Below are positions 20,637 through 30,179 of a DNA stretch of 64,000 nt, in pieces. Source of the stretch: an uncultured delta proteobacterium (GTDB lineage Bacteria > Desulfobacterota > Desulfobacteria > Desulfobacterales > JAFDCJ01); contig CAVYNY010000030.1 of assembly GCA_963769935.1 (NCBI GenBank), positions 75,394 to 139,393 on the forward strand, read 5' to 3'. The position numbers and the translations under genes were made by a program. Positions within the stretch are counted from its first letter, which is position 1. Each line of letters starts with the position of its first letter. The notes beneath the pieces were generated by a model. The model saw only the letters and a program-made list of their open reading frames with translations. It was not told the origin of the DNA and did no database searches.

Positions 20637-20675
20637 TTGACAATCGATTTTATAATTTATATTTGATCAAATATA
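20637..20675 (+). promoter_or_regulatory. Sigma70-like promoter overlapped by an 18-bp perfect palindrome (GntR operator candidate)
   Basis: TTGACA at 20637-20642; TATATTTGATCAAATATA at 20658-20675. Confidence 0.6.
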
Positions 20676-20703
20676 TAAAAGGCAACATTATGTAGGAGAC
20701 AAC

Positions 20704-21342
20704 ATGACGATCTATCGAACAATGGCCGATCTGGCAACTGAGTCGCTTCGGGAACGACTGCTGGTGGGAGGGTTCTCTCCCGGTACGAGGCTGATTCCTG
20801 CCGAACTGGAAGAGACGTTGAATCTAGGCCGCATGGCCATCCGGGAAGCGCTCAAAGAACTGATCGGTTCCGGACTGGTCATACAAAAGGCAAATAAGGG
20901 TATCTGCGTGGCCGCTCCGCCTTCGGTTGTTGAATTGGACGCCCTCTTTGACGCGCGCTGCGCCCTGGAAGGCAAAACTGCGGCCATGGCCGCTTCAAAA
21001 ATCGATCAAGAGTCTCTGGCCGTTCTCGAACGCTTGTATGAAGAGATGGAAGATCCGAACAAAGCGCCGATAGAATATCATCTAATCAACCGAAAGTTTC
21101 ATCTCACCCTGTATCAAGCCTCGGGGTGGCGCCATGCCGTAGTTTGTATCACCCACATGCTGGATCAGGTCCTGTCTTATTTCGGACCGCGTGCTGCCAA
21201 AGCCGAGCTCGACTTTACTCCCTACAACCGGGAACACAAACGCATCCTTGATGCCGTTCATGCAAAAAAACTCGATGAGGTTCGCGACCTGATCGTGGCC
21301 AACATTAACAGGGGCAGGCAATTAATGTTCTCATTGAAGTAG
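20704..21342 (+). CDS. GntR-family regulator (FCD domain)
   Basis: GGFSPGTRL...GRMAIREAL HTH; NRKFH and EHKRI FCD motifs. Confidence 0.88.
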   Translation: MTIYRTMADLATESLRERLLVGGFSPGTRLIPAELEETLNLGRMAIREALKELIGSGLVIQKANKGICVAAPPSVVELDALFDARCALEGKTAAMAASKIDQESLAVLERLYEEMEDPNKAPIEYHLINRKFHLTLYQASGWRHAVVCITHMLDQVLSYFGPRAAKAELDFTPYNREHKRILDAVHAKKLDEVRDLIVANINRGRQLMFSLK

Positions 21343-21381
21343 GCATTATCCAGCCGTGCTCAAAAGCAAAGGAGGAGGAAC

Positions 21382-22452
21382 ATGAAAAAGCATCTAATTT
21401 TAACCGCAGTATTGTCGGTGTGCCTGCTTGTTTTCCTTGTCAGTCCGGCATTGTCTCAGAGTACACCGGCCCACAAACCTGAAAAAGTTATCTTCCAGAC
21501 CACCCAGTTCGGCCGGGCCTTTTATGACTACGCTTTCGCTTATGAGGAGCTGGCCCGCAAATCCGGATCCTGGGTGGAGCTCAAAGCCGAGGAAACGCCG
21601 GGGGCAATGTTCATAATCAAATACCAATACGAAAACCTCGATCAGATGCGTTCCGGCCAAAAGCCCTGGACCGTTACGTATGGCAGCTCCAACGGGATCC
21701 GGTTTAACAGAAACGGCTGGGCACCTTTCAGCAAATATCCGCTACCCGGATTCACCGTGTTTTCATCGATTTTGTGCCGCATCAACGTACTGGGCACCTT
21801 TGACCCGAACATAAAGTCCGCCAAGGACCTGGCCGGAAAGCGGGTGGCCGTGGCCGCCAAGGCAGCCCCCTTCAATTCGACCCTCAAATATTTACCGTAT
21901 TTTAAGAAAGGACTCGGCGTGGACGTCAACTGGCAGTTCATCGGCATCGATCAGGGCAAGGACGCTCTCCTGAACGGCACGGTCGATGCCACCGTCTGCA
22001 CATTCATGGGAGAATACGAACTGGCTCCCGACGGAAAGACTTTTGTCATTACCAAGGCCGCGCCGGATTCGCCCACCCTGCAGCTGCTGGCCTCGGGCCG
22101 TAAACTGCATCTCATCCCATTCGATCCGCAAATTCTGATGTCCACCTACCAGGGCGAGGAGATGGAGGTCTTTAACCCGGCCCTGCTCAAGGCAGGTGCA
22201 GCGGACGGCATTGCGGCGGATGTCACGGGATTGTGCGAATTCCTTTATATGCAGTGTGATAAGGACACACCCGACGATATCATCATCGAGCTGTTGAAGG
22301 TCCGCTACGAACAGGCGGACAAATTCGGCGATTATCACGCCATGTTCAAAATGCAGCCCAAAAACCCGTTCCCTGCGGGCGTGCCCAAGGACTATATTCA
22401 TCCGGCTGTCTACAAAGCGGCCAAGGAATTGGGTTTCAAAGTAATCGAATGA
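21382..22452 (+). CDS. TAXI-type TRAP solute-binding protein
   Basis: Signal peptide, AEETPGA, IKSAKDLAGKRV, DALLNGTVDA and IHPAVYK; precedes a fused 4TM/12TM permease. Confidence 0.8.
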   Translation: MKKHLILTAVLSVCLLVFLVSPALSQSTPAHKPEKVIFQTTQFGRAFYDYAFAYEELARKSGSWVELKAEETPGAMFIIKYQYENLDQMRSGQKPWTVTYGSSNGIRFNRNGWAPFSKYPLPGFTVFSSILCRINVLGTFDPNIKSAKDLAGKRVAVAAKAAPFNSTLKYLPYFKKGLGVDVNWQFIGIDQGKDALLNGTVDATVCTFMGEYELAPDGKTFVITKAAPDSPTLQLLASGRKLHLIPFDPQILMSTYQGEEMEVFNPALLKAGAADGIAADVTGLCEFLYMQCDKDTPDDIIIELLKVRYEQADKFGDYHAMFKMQPKNPFPAGVPKDYIHPAVYKAAKELGFKVIE

Positions 22453-22487
22453 TTCCGTCCGGAACAGGGGGACCGGCAAATCTCCCA

Positions 22488-22524
22488 AGCCGTTGCCGAT
22501 CGGTTTTTTTGATCGGCAACGGCT
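22488..22524 (+). promoter_or_regulatory. Intercistronic 14-bp stem-loop after the TAXI binding-protein gene
   Basis: agccgttgccgatc / gatcggcaacggct. Confidence 0.55.
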
Positions 22525-22595
22525 GACATTTACAACTGTTCGGTCATCGGTGTGATCCATTCATCCCGCACATTCTATCAATAGAGGACGCATAC

Positions 22596-24479
22596 ATGCC
22601 TGAGCCTGAAACTAAAACAGAAGACAGCTGGACCCGGACGATTGACTTACTGATAAAGGCCGTCGCCCTTATCATGATCGCCTACCATGCCTTTACAACC
22701 TGGCATCCCATTTTCAACGATTTGGTCCACCAGAACATCCACCTGGGATTCGCCCTGGCCATTCTGTTTCTTTACGGCATGAAATCACCGCACCGGCGCA
22801 GCCGGGTAATCTATTCGATCGGCATCATCATCAGCATCGGCTGCACGTTATATATGCATATCAATTTTGAACGGCTGGACATGTTTTCGGGATCTCCCGA
22901 GTTGCAGGACATCCCGGTCGGGATCATTCTGCCGGCAATCGTCCTGGCAATGTCGTGGGTCCAGTGGGGAGCCATATTTACCTGTCTGGCGCTCGTTGCG
23001 GTGGTCTACGCCTTGTACGGCCATCTGATTCCGGGCGCATTAGGGCATTCGGAATTGGCACCGTCCTATGTATTGTCCATGATGGGCGTCGGATACCGCG
23101 GCATCTACGGCGTGCTTCTGAACGCTTCAGCCATCCTCATCATGCCTTTCATCATTTTCGGCAGCGCTTTCGAATCCGTCGGAATCAATCGGGTATTCAT
23201 CGAAATCGGCAATTGGATCGGAACCCGAATCCGTGGCGGCGCAGCCCAGATCGCCGTTATTTCAAGCACATTCATCGCCATGTGTACCGGGGCGGCCATG
23301 GCCAATGTGGCCTTGACCGGGTCCTACACCATCCCCCTAATGAAAGAAAACGGCTACAAGCCTGAACAGGCCGGGGCCATAGAAGCCGTGGCCTCCACGG
23401 GCGGGCAGATAACGCCGCCGGTAATGGGCGTTTCTATTTTTATCATGGCCAATTTCCTGGGGATCGGCTACCAGGTTTTGATGGTCAAGGCCATCCCATC
23501 GGCCGTTATCTACCTTATTTTGACATCTTTAGGCGCCCTTCTCATCGCCCAGCGGGAACACCTGGCGAAGATAACGGTCAAGACGAATTTTTCGGTCATT
23601 GCCAAGGGTGTCTGGGTTTTCATTATCCCGATGCTTGTGTTGGTAACCCTTCTGGTCAAAAGGTTCAGCCCGGCCTATGCCGCCTACACGACCCTGGCGG
23701 TGCTGCTGGGCATCGGCTTATTGTCAAAAGAAACGCGGCCGTCCCTGGGAAAGTTAATCGACGGCCTGGCCAACGGCGTCCGCATCGTGGCTTCATTGGC
23801 CATCGTCTGCGCTGCGGTGGGCATATTTGTCAGGATGCTGATCCTCACCGGAGCGGGCATCAAACTGGCGGGGATGATCGAGGTCCTTTCCGGCGGCAAC
23901 CTGTTGATCGCCCTGTTTTTAACAATGATCTTGTCGATCGTGATGGGCTGCGCCCTGCCCACGGTTCCGGCTTATATCATTGTAGCGCTGGTCGTTGCCC
24001 CGGCCCTGGTCAACATGGGGGTGGACAGGCTGCTGGCCCATTTCTTTGTGTTCTACTACTCTGTGCTGGCGGTCATCACGCCGCCGGTTGCTCCCGGTTC
24101 CATGGTGGCCAGCAAGCTGGCTGAAGCCAAATTTATTACAACGGCCTGGGAAAGCACAAAATTGGCGGCGCCTTTTTTCCTGGTGCCGTATTTCATCATC
24201 TATAATCCGTTGTTGCTGTTGGAGCCTCAGAAAGATATTTGGGGTATTGTCCTGGCGGCCATCAGCATGATCATCGGCTGCGGCTCTTTGATGGTAGCAC
24301 TTCAAAAGTGGCTTATCGTCAAGACGACTCCTGTTGAGAGGCTATCTTTGTTCGCATCGGCCATCCTGGCCACGGTATACAGCATCAACCAGAATTATGC
24401 GTTCTTAACGATTGCCGCGGTTATTTTCGGCGGAGTTATCCTGCTTCAATGCAACAGGCTGAGATCAAGTAGAATTTAG
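22596..24479 (+). CDS. TRAP transporter fused permease (4TM/12TM, TAXI-type)
   Basis: AIEAVASTGGQITPPVMG, MGCALPT and ITPPVA. Confidence 0.9.
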   Translation: MPEPETKTEDSWTRTIDLLIKAVALIMIAYHAFTTWHPIFNDLVHQNIHLGFALAILFLYGMKSPHRRSRVIYSIGIIISIGCTLYMHINFERLDMFSGSPELQDIPVGIILPAIVLAMSWVQWGAIFTCLALVAVVYALYGHLIPGALGHSELAPSYVLSMMGVGYRGIYGVLLNASAILIMPFIIFGSAFESVGINRVFIEIGNWIGTRIRGGAAQIAVISSTFIAMCTGAAMANVALTGSYTIPLMKENGYKPEQAGAIEAVASTGGQITPPVMGVSIFIMANFLGIGYQVLMVKAIPSAVIYLILTSLGALLIAQREHLAKITVKTNFSVIAKGVWVFIIPMLVLVTLLVKRFSPAYAAYTTLAVLLGIGLLSKETRPSLGKLIDGLANGVRIVASLAIVCAAVGIFVRMLILTGAGIKLAGMIEVLSGGNLLIALFLTMILSIVMGCALPTVPAYIIVALVVAPALVNMGVDRLLAHFFVFYYSVLAVITPPVAPGSMVASKLAEAKFITTAWESTKLAAPFFLVPYFIIYNPLLLLEPQKDIWGIVLAAISMIIGCGSLMVALQKWLIVKTTPVERLSLFASAILATVYSINQNYAFLTIAAVIFGGVILLQCNRLRSSRI

Positions 24480-24493
24480 ATAAGGAGGAAAAT

Positions 24494-25699
24494 TTGGCTA
24501 TTTCAAATGTAGGACCTTTGGACGGAATTAAAGTTATTGATTGCACCCATATTCTATCCGGCGCCTTTTCAAGTACCATGATAGCGGACCTCGGCGCCGA
24601 CGTCATCAAAATCGAAAAAATGGGCACCGGGGATCCTGTGCGCGCGAGTGGCCCTCCCTTTCAAAAAGGTGAGAGCGCTTATTTTTTTTCGGTGAATCAC
24701 AATAAAAAAAGTATTTGCATTGATCTGAAGAAAAAAGAGGGCATCGATGTCGTCCACCGGCTGGTGGCGCAGGCCGATGTCTTTATGGAAAATTTCAGAC
24801 CCGGTGTCATGGACCGGTTGGGGCTGGGCTACGAGGCCCTGAAAAAAATAAATCCGGAATTGATATACGCTTCTCTGACAGCCTTCGGCAGCAAGGGGCC
24901 TTATAAGGACAAACCGGGTTTCGAGCTGATCATTCAGTCTCTCACGGGACTTGTAGACGTTACGACGCCTCCAGGGGGGCAGCCCGCCAAGATACAGGTC
25001 CAGATGGTCGATCTCACAGCCGGTATTATTCTGGCATACGCCACCCTTGCAGCACTCTATCACCGGCTGGTCACCGGAAAAGGCCAACGGGTGGAAACCT
25101 CATTGCTGGAATCGACCATCACCATGCTGGCCAACCTGGCCAACATTTTCCTGATGTCGGGCAAAGTTCCGACCGGATTGGGATCCAGAAATCCCCAATC
25201 CATGCCCTCCCAGGCATTTAAGACCAAAGATGCCTATGTGTCCGTTGTATTGTCTTCCGACCATTGGGGGCGATTCTGCAATGCTTTGGGGCACCCGGAT
25301 TGGACTGAGCACCCGGATTTCAAAAAGCCCACCTATCGCGTCCGGCATTATGCCGAAATGGAAGCCATGATCCAATCGGTAACCACTACCAAAAACACGG
25401 CGGAATGGCTTGAAATTTTCGAAACACATCAGGTTGCGGCGGCCCCCATCAATACCGTTGAGCAGGCTTTTGAGGATCCCGGCGTGATAGCAACCGGCAT
25501 GGTCAAAACCATGGAGCATCCGATTGCCGGGAAAATAAGGCTTCTCGACAAGCCCTGGCACATGTCGGAAACGCCGGGCGGACTGAGACTGCCGCCTCCG
25601 CCTCTGGGATGGCATACTTCAGAGGTTCTGACCGCAGCGGGATTTGAGGCGGACGAAATTGACGATCTGAAAAAAGCGGGAGTCATTGGCGGGAAATAA
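24494..25699 (+). CDS. Class III CoA transferase (CaiB/BaiF family)
   Basis: PLDGIKVID, ADLGADVIKIE, ENFRPG, MVDLTAG (catalytic Asp position) and PPPLGWHT. Confidence 0.92.
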   Translation: MAISNVGPLDGIKVIDCTHILSGAFSSTMIADLGADVIKIEKMGTGDPVRASGPPFQKGESAYFFSVNHNKKSICIDLKKKEGIDVVHRLVAQADVFMENFRPGVMDRLGLGYEALKKINPELIYASLTAFGSKGPYKDKPGFELIIQSLTGLVDVTTPPGGQPAKIQVQMVDLTAGIILAYATLAALYHRLVTGKGQRVETSLLESTITMLANLANIFLMSGKVPTGLGSRNPQSMPSQAFKTKDAYVSVVLSSDHWGRFCNALGHPDWTEHPDFKKPTYRVRHYAEMEAMIQSVTTTKNTAEWLEIFETHQVAAAPINTVEQAFEDPGVIATGMVKTMEHPIAGKIRLLDKPWHMSETPGGLRLPPPPLGWHTSEVLTAAGFEADEIDDLKKAGVIGGK

Positions 25700-25753
25700 C
25701 CCCCAACGTTGCATAAGTATTTTTAACTCTTCGTGTCTCGTATTAGATAGGCC

Positions 25754-26020
25754 GTTGTTTTTACCGCGACGATGCTGGATGCTGGATACTTGTTGCAGCG
25801 CAGCGGAGATCCAGCTTTAGGGGGAATGCTGGATTTACTATCACGCCCACTTTCAGACTTCGCTCTTCGAGCTACGACCCGACAAGCAGTTCGAGTTCAC
25901 AGAGACCGCGGAGAATATTATTCTTTCGCCGCAGGCGGCTGCCAACTTTTACCTCTGCGACCTCTGCGCGCTCTGTGTGAGATATATAGTTTCATATATA
26001 GATCCAGTATCCAGGATCAC
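25754..26020. repeat. Heptamer-based palindromic intergenic element, copy 1, with a nested second hairpin element
   Basis: Left end gatgctggatgctggatact, right end atccagtatccaggatcac; interior contains cacagagaccgcggag...ctctgcgcgctctgtgtg. Confidence 0.6.
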
Positions 26021-26205
26021 GTATTATTACCAATGCCTTGCATTACAACGTCTCGTTTCAGGAAAATAAAGGATAAAGTGTCCCGGCGCGGAGGATCAGG
26101 CTTTGACTTCATGCCGGAAGGGGTAGCCCTGGCTGTCCAAAAACCCGTGAAGCGATGGAGTAATTGAGTAATGGAGTAGTGAAAATTTAAAAAGGAGGAA
26201 CGGAA

Positions 26206-27255
26206 ATGAAAGCCAGATTCGCAATCGCAGCAATCGTTTTTTTGACCTTGGTCATCTGCTCCCTGCCGGAAAGTGTTTTGGCGGCGGACCAGAAGAAATT
26301 GCCTGAAATCGAAATTAAAGTTCCAGTGCCGGCTGCTCAAAATTCGGATTTCGGAATTTTGGGGGATTGGATCGCTAAAAGCTTCGGGGAAATCACGGGC
26401 GGCAGAACCAAAGTAAAATTATTCTGGAGCAATTCCCTGGTTCCGCTTAAGGACCACTACAGGTCCCTTCAGGCGGGGATCATTGACTTTGCTTTCGTAA
26501 ATACTGGGGTCAATCCGGGCGTATTCCCGCTTTCGGAACTGTTTCAGCTTCCGGGCATTGCATCGACCATCGCATCGAGCAACCTGACTTTTATTGATCT
26601 TTTCGATAAGTACCCCGAATTCGAACAACAGTTCAGCCCCAAGGTAAAATACATCGCCACCTGCCAGTTCCTGCTGTCCGATCTGCATTCAATCAAGCCG
26701 GTCCGCACCCTGAAAGATCTTCAAGGCATGAAGATCGGCTGCCAGACCCCTGAAAGTGCCAAGGCCATGGAATTATTGGGCGCATCCGCTTCGACCGTCG
26801 CATGGCCGGATATGTATGTCCAGCTGGAAAGAGGTGTTGTGGACGGCGTTATTGCGGCCTGGGCCATCGTGAATATTACGCATTTGCATGAAATCGCCAA
26901 GTATCACACCATGCTGCGGCTTTGCCCCGGAATTGCGCATTGGATGTTCAGCCGCAATACATGGAATAAATTTACGCCGGATGAACAGCAAAAATTCAAG
27001 TTGCTTGGGGCGTCTTTGAGCAACAAAACCGCCTGGAGTGTGGTTTCGACAAGTCATGATATGCGCTTCAAGGAAATTACACCGGAAAAGGGGCACACCA
27101 CGATAGAACTATCCCAGCAGGACAGGGAACAAATCAGAAAACTTTTCAGGCCCTTGTGGGATGAATGGGCTGAGAGGATGAAAAGCCAGGGTTATCCGGG
27201 TGATGCCATCCTGCAGGATACGCTGAATTGGACTGAAATGTATAGCTACGAATAG
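26206..27255 (+). CDS. dctP: TRAP solute-binding protein, DctP family
   Basis: Signal peptide, PGVFPLSELFQLP, TLKDLQGMKI and MYVQLERGVVDG. Confidence 0.85.
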   Translation: MKARFAIAAIVFLTLVICSLPESVLAADQKKLPEIEIKVPVPAAQNSDFGILGDWIAKSFGEITGGRTKVKLFWSNSLVPLKDHYRSLQAGIIDFAFVNTGVNPGVFPLSELFQLPGIASTIASSNLTFIDLFDKYPEFEQQFSPKVKYIATCQFLLSDLHSIKPVRTLKDLQGMKIGCQTPESAKAMELLGASASTVAWPDMYVQLERGVVDGVIAAWAIVNITHLHEIAKYHTMLRLCPGIAHWMFSRNTWNKFTPDEQQKFKLLGASLSNKTAWSVVSTSHDMRFKEITPEKGHTTIELSQQDREQIRKLFRPLWDEWAERMKSQGYPGDAILQDTLNWTEMYSYE

Positions 27256-27314
27256 GAGTGAATATACCCTGACATAAATCTTTTTGACGCTTCATGTTTG
27301 AAATTAGCAACACA

Positions 27315-27415
27315 GTCGTTTTTAGCGAGACGATCCCGGATGCTGGATACTCGATGCTGGATATACTGGAATTCGCCGGGAGTCAGACATGGATCCATCC
27401 AGTATCCAGGATCAC
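27315..27415. repeat. Heptamer-based palindromic intergenic element, copy 2
   Basis: gtcgtttttagcgagacgatcccggatgctggatact...atccagtatccaggatcac; the last 19 bp are identical to 26002-26020. Confidence 0.65.
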
Positions 27416-27511
27416 TTACTTGTACCCATGACTTTCATTAGTAGCGCTGAATTGAAGCTGATATTTTATGCAACTTTAGAGTAACATTGCACAACAAGGA
27501 AAGTCGATGTC

Positions 27512-29410
27512 ATGCGGTTAGTCGTTTTCGCCAGACTATTAAAGAAGGTCCTGTATCCGCTAAGCTTTGGGAGCATCCTTGCCTCCGGCGCAGCAGTACT
27601 ATTGATGATGATCGTTATCGTTGCAGATGTTATATCACGCAACGTTTTCAACGTATCCCTGCAAGGCGCCATCGAGGTGGTGCGCGTGCTGATGATTATT
27701 GCGGTATTCGGAGGCATGTCTTATACGGCATTAGAGGACGCCCATGTTAGAGTCGACATTCTTGTTAAAAAGGTTTCTAAACCGCTTAGACTAAGCTTAA
27801 TTGCAGCCGCCGACTTGCTGGCATTTGGAGTGATCGTCATCATCGCTTTTGAGACGTTTATCGAGGCCCAAACGCTCTTGAACGAGCACGCCAACACCGG
27901 CCTGCTCCGCATCCCGCTTTCGCCATTTGCATATGCAACAGGTGTTTTCCTGTTTTTTTTTGCATTCGCACTTTTAACTGATTTCCTGGAATCCATCGGT
28001 GAAATTATTGCAAGCGGCAGCGGAATTTTTAAATTTTTAACTCCCATGGTAGTCATAATTGCAGGGTTATTTTTTCTGTCACTTGATCCAAGCGTCATAC
28101 CCATAAGATTGTCTTCAGGCATAACGGGTTTATTCTGTTTAGTATTCATGTTTGTACTTATTTTCCTGGGAGTTCACATTGGGGCTGCCATGGCATTTAT
28201 CACGCTGTTCGGTTTAAGCTACCTCATCAGTCCCGAAGCCGGTACAACCCTTTTAAGCATGACGTCTCAGAGTATTGCCTCAGACTATATATGGAGCGTC
28301 TTCCCGCTTTTTACGTTTCTCGGAATCGTTGCTTCAAGTGTAGGATTCGGTAAAGACGTCTACGAAACAGCTTACAAATGGCTGGGCCACCTACCGGGTG
28401 GTCTCGCTGCGGCCACAGTCGCCGGTTGTGGTGCTTTTGCTGCTATCGTAGGAGACAGCACAACCGGCGTCGTTACCATGAGTACAATTTCCTATCCGGA
28501 GATGAAAGCGCGCAATTACAATGTACGGCTCATGACCGGCTGCATTTGCGCGGGAGGCGCCCTGGGTATTTTAATTCCCCCGAGTTTGGGACTGCTGGTC
28601 TACGGCATCCTCACCGAGCAATCGATCGGAAAGCTTTTTCTTGCCGCTCTTCTGCCCGGCCTGTTGGAAACAGGGGCCATAATCCTGTATATATATGTGA
28701 TCTGTAAAAGAAATCCCCAACTCGGACCGCCCGGAAATTACTCACCATTTTCGGAAAAATTGCTTAGTTTGAAAAAAGCCTGGCACGTCGTCGTATTATT
28801 TGTTTTAGTGCTGGGCGGCATTTACACCGGCATTTTCACAGCCTACGAGGCTGCCGCCATCGGTTCGTTTGCGGTCGTGGCAATGGGTATTATAACCCGA
28901 AGGCTAAGCTTCAAAAATTTTTTTGACGGTGTTATCGGCGCTTCAAAGGTAACGGCTCTAATACTGTTTATCTTTGTTTATGCCAATGCCCTGGGGCAGC
29001 TTCTTGCGATCAGCCAGATCCCAACGACGCTGGCAAATTTCATTACCGGCCTGGAAATAAGCAAGTATGGGACACTGTTGGCGATTTACGTTTTGTACCT
29101 GCTGCTTGGCTGTGTGATGAATGTAATTCCTGCGATGATCCTGACGTTGCCTATTTTGTTTCCAACGATTATCAATCTCGGATTTGATCCCATATGGTTT
29201 GGCATCATCGTAACCATTTTATTGGAGGTAGGCGTCCTTACCCCGCCCATCGGAATGAACGTATTTGCCATGTCCGGAATTATAAAAGAGGTGCCCATTT
29301 ACACCATATTCAGAGGCGTCTTTCCATTTTGGCTGGTGATGATTTTCGTCTTATTGATTCTCACACTGGTTCCGCAAATAAGCCTGGTTCTGGTTAATGT
29401 ATTACATTAA
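27512..29410 (+). CDS. Fused TRAP DctQ-DctM permease
   Basis: DctQ motif HVRVDIL at the N-terminus; DctM motifs LGILIPPS, GFDPIWFG and LTPPIGMN. Confidence 0.9.
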   Translation: MRLVVFARLLKKVLYPLSFGSILASGAAVLLMMIVIVADVISRNVFNVSLQGAIEVVRVLMIIAVFGGMSYTALEDAHVRVDILVKKVSKPLRLSLIAAADLLAFGVIVIIAFETFIEAQTLLNEHANTGLLRIPLSPFAYATGVFLFFFAFALLTDFLESIGEIIASGSGIFKFLTPMVVIIAGLFFLSLDPSVIPIRLSSGITGLFCLVFMFVLIFLGVHIGAAMAFITLFGLSYLISPEAGTTLLSMTSQSIASDYIWSVFPLFTFLGIVASSVGFGKDVYETAYKWLGHLPGGLAAATVAGCGAFAAIVGDSTTGVVTMSTISYPEMKARNYNVRLMTGCICAGGALGILIPPSLGLLVYGILTEQSIGKLFLAALLPGLLETGAIILYIYVICKRNPQLGPPGNYSPFSEKLLSLKKAWHVVVLFVLVLGGIYTGIFTAYEAAAIGSFAVVAMGIITRRLSFKNFFDGVIGASKVTALILFIFVYANALGQLLAISQIPTTLANFITGLEISKYGTLLAIYVLYLLLGCVMNVIPAMILTLPILFPTIINLGFDPIWFGIIVTILLEVGVLTPPIGMNVFAMSGIIKEVPIYTIFRGVFPFWLVMIFVLLILTLVPQISLVLVNVLH

Positions 29411-29436
29411 AATTGGAAAAGGGGTAAAGAGAAAAT

Positions 29437-30174
29437 ATGGAGCTCAGAATTAAGCCGGTGCGCGTGGGCACGAGTCAAGTTGACAAATCGATTCTTACCT
29501 ATCTTCGCGGCCAGGGGACAAAGCTGACCGTTCCCCATATTATCTGGGTCATAGAAGGCGGGCAAAAATTAGTTGTTGTGGATTCGGGACCCGCAGCTCC
29601 TGAAATAGTATCCAAGGAGCTTGGCCGCAACCTCACCCGGGAAGTCAATGAGGAACCGGCACAGGCATTGAAAAATGCCGGCGTAGATCCATCTGAGGTG
29701 GAGATCGTTATCGCAACGCATCTTCATTGGGACCATTGCGGCAACTTTTCGTTGTTTCCGAACGCCGATATTTATGTACAACGCAGAGAACTGGCATTCG
29801 CCGTTGCGCCCTTGGATATATATCTGGGCGTTTATGACGCTGCGATCTTTAACATGAACCCGAAATGGTCGGGCAGTGTCTCCCGATTTCGGATTGTAGA
29901 CGGCGATTTCGACCTTGTTTCCGGTGTGCGGTTGTTGTCTCTCCCCGGACATACGCCCGGTTTGCAGGGCGTATTGATTTCCACTGGAAAGGGAAATTAT
30001 TGCATTGCGTCGGACACCGTAAACATAACGGAAAATTGGGCAGACAAAATCCCCTCCGGAATCCATGTGAACCTTGAGGATTGGTACCGGTCATTCCGCA
30101 AAATCGAAAAAATGTCGGATCATGTACTGCCCTGCCATGATATGGTGGTTTTAGAAAAGCCTGAATATCCCTGA
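29437..30174 (+). CDS. Metallo-beta-lactamase fold hydrolase, AHL-lactonase (AiiA-like) family
   Basis: THLHWDHCG, LPGHTPG, ASD and LPCHD. Confidence 0.85.
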   Translation: MELRIKPVRVGTSQVDKSILTYLRGQGTKLTVPHIIWVIEGGQKLVVVDSGPAAPEIVSKELGRNLTREVNEEPAQALKNAGVDPSEVEIVIATHLHWDHCGNFSLFPNADIYVQRRELAFAVAPLDIYLGVYDAAIFNMNPKWSGSVSRFRIVDGDFDLVSGVRLLSLPGHTPGLQGVLISTGKGNYCIASDTVNITENWADKIPSGIHVNLEDWYRSFRKIEKMSDHVLPCHDMVVLEKPEYP

Positions 30175-30179
30175 ATTAA

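Noticed and set aside
25754..27415. CRISPR array
   Set aside because: Only two element copies, no regular repeat-spacer period and no cas genes.
29437..30174. Beta-lactamase or proven quorum-quenching gene
   Set aside because: The fold motifs alone do not fix the substrate, and the catabolic context favours a metabolic lactonase.
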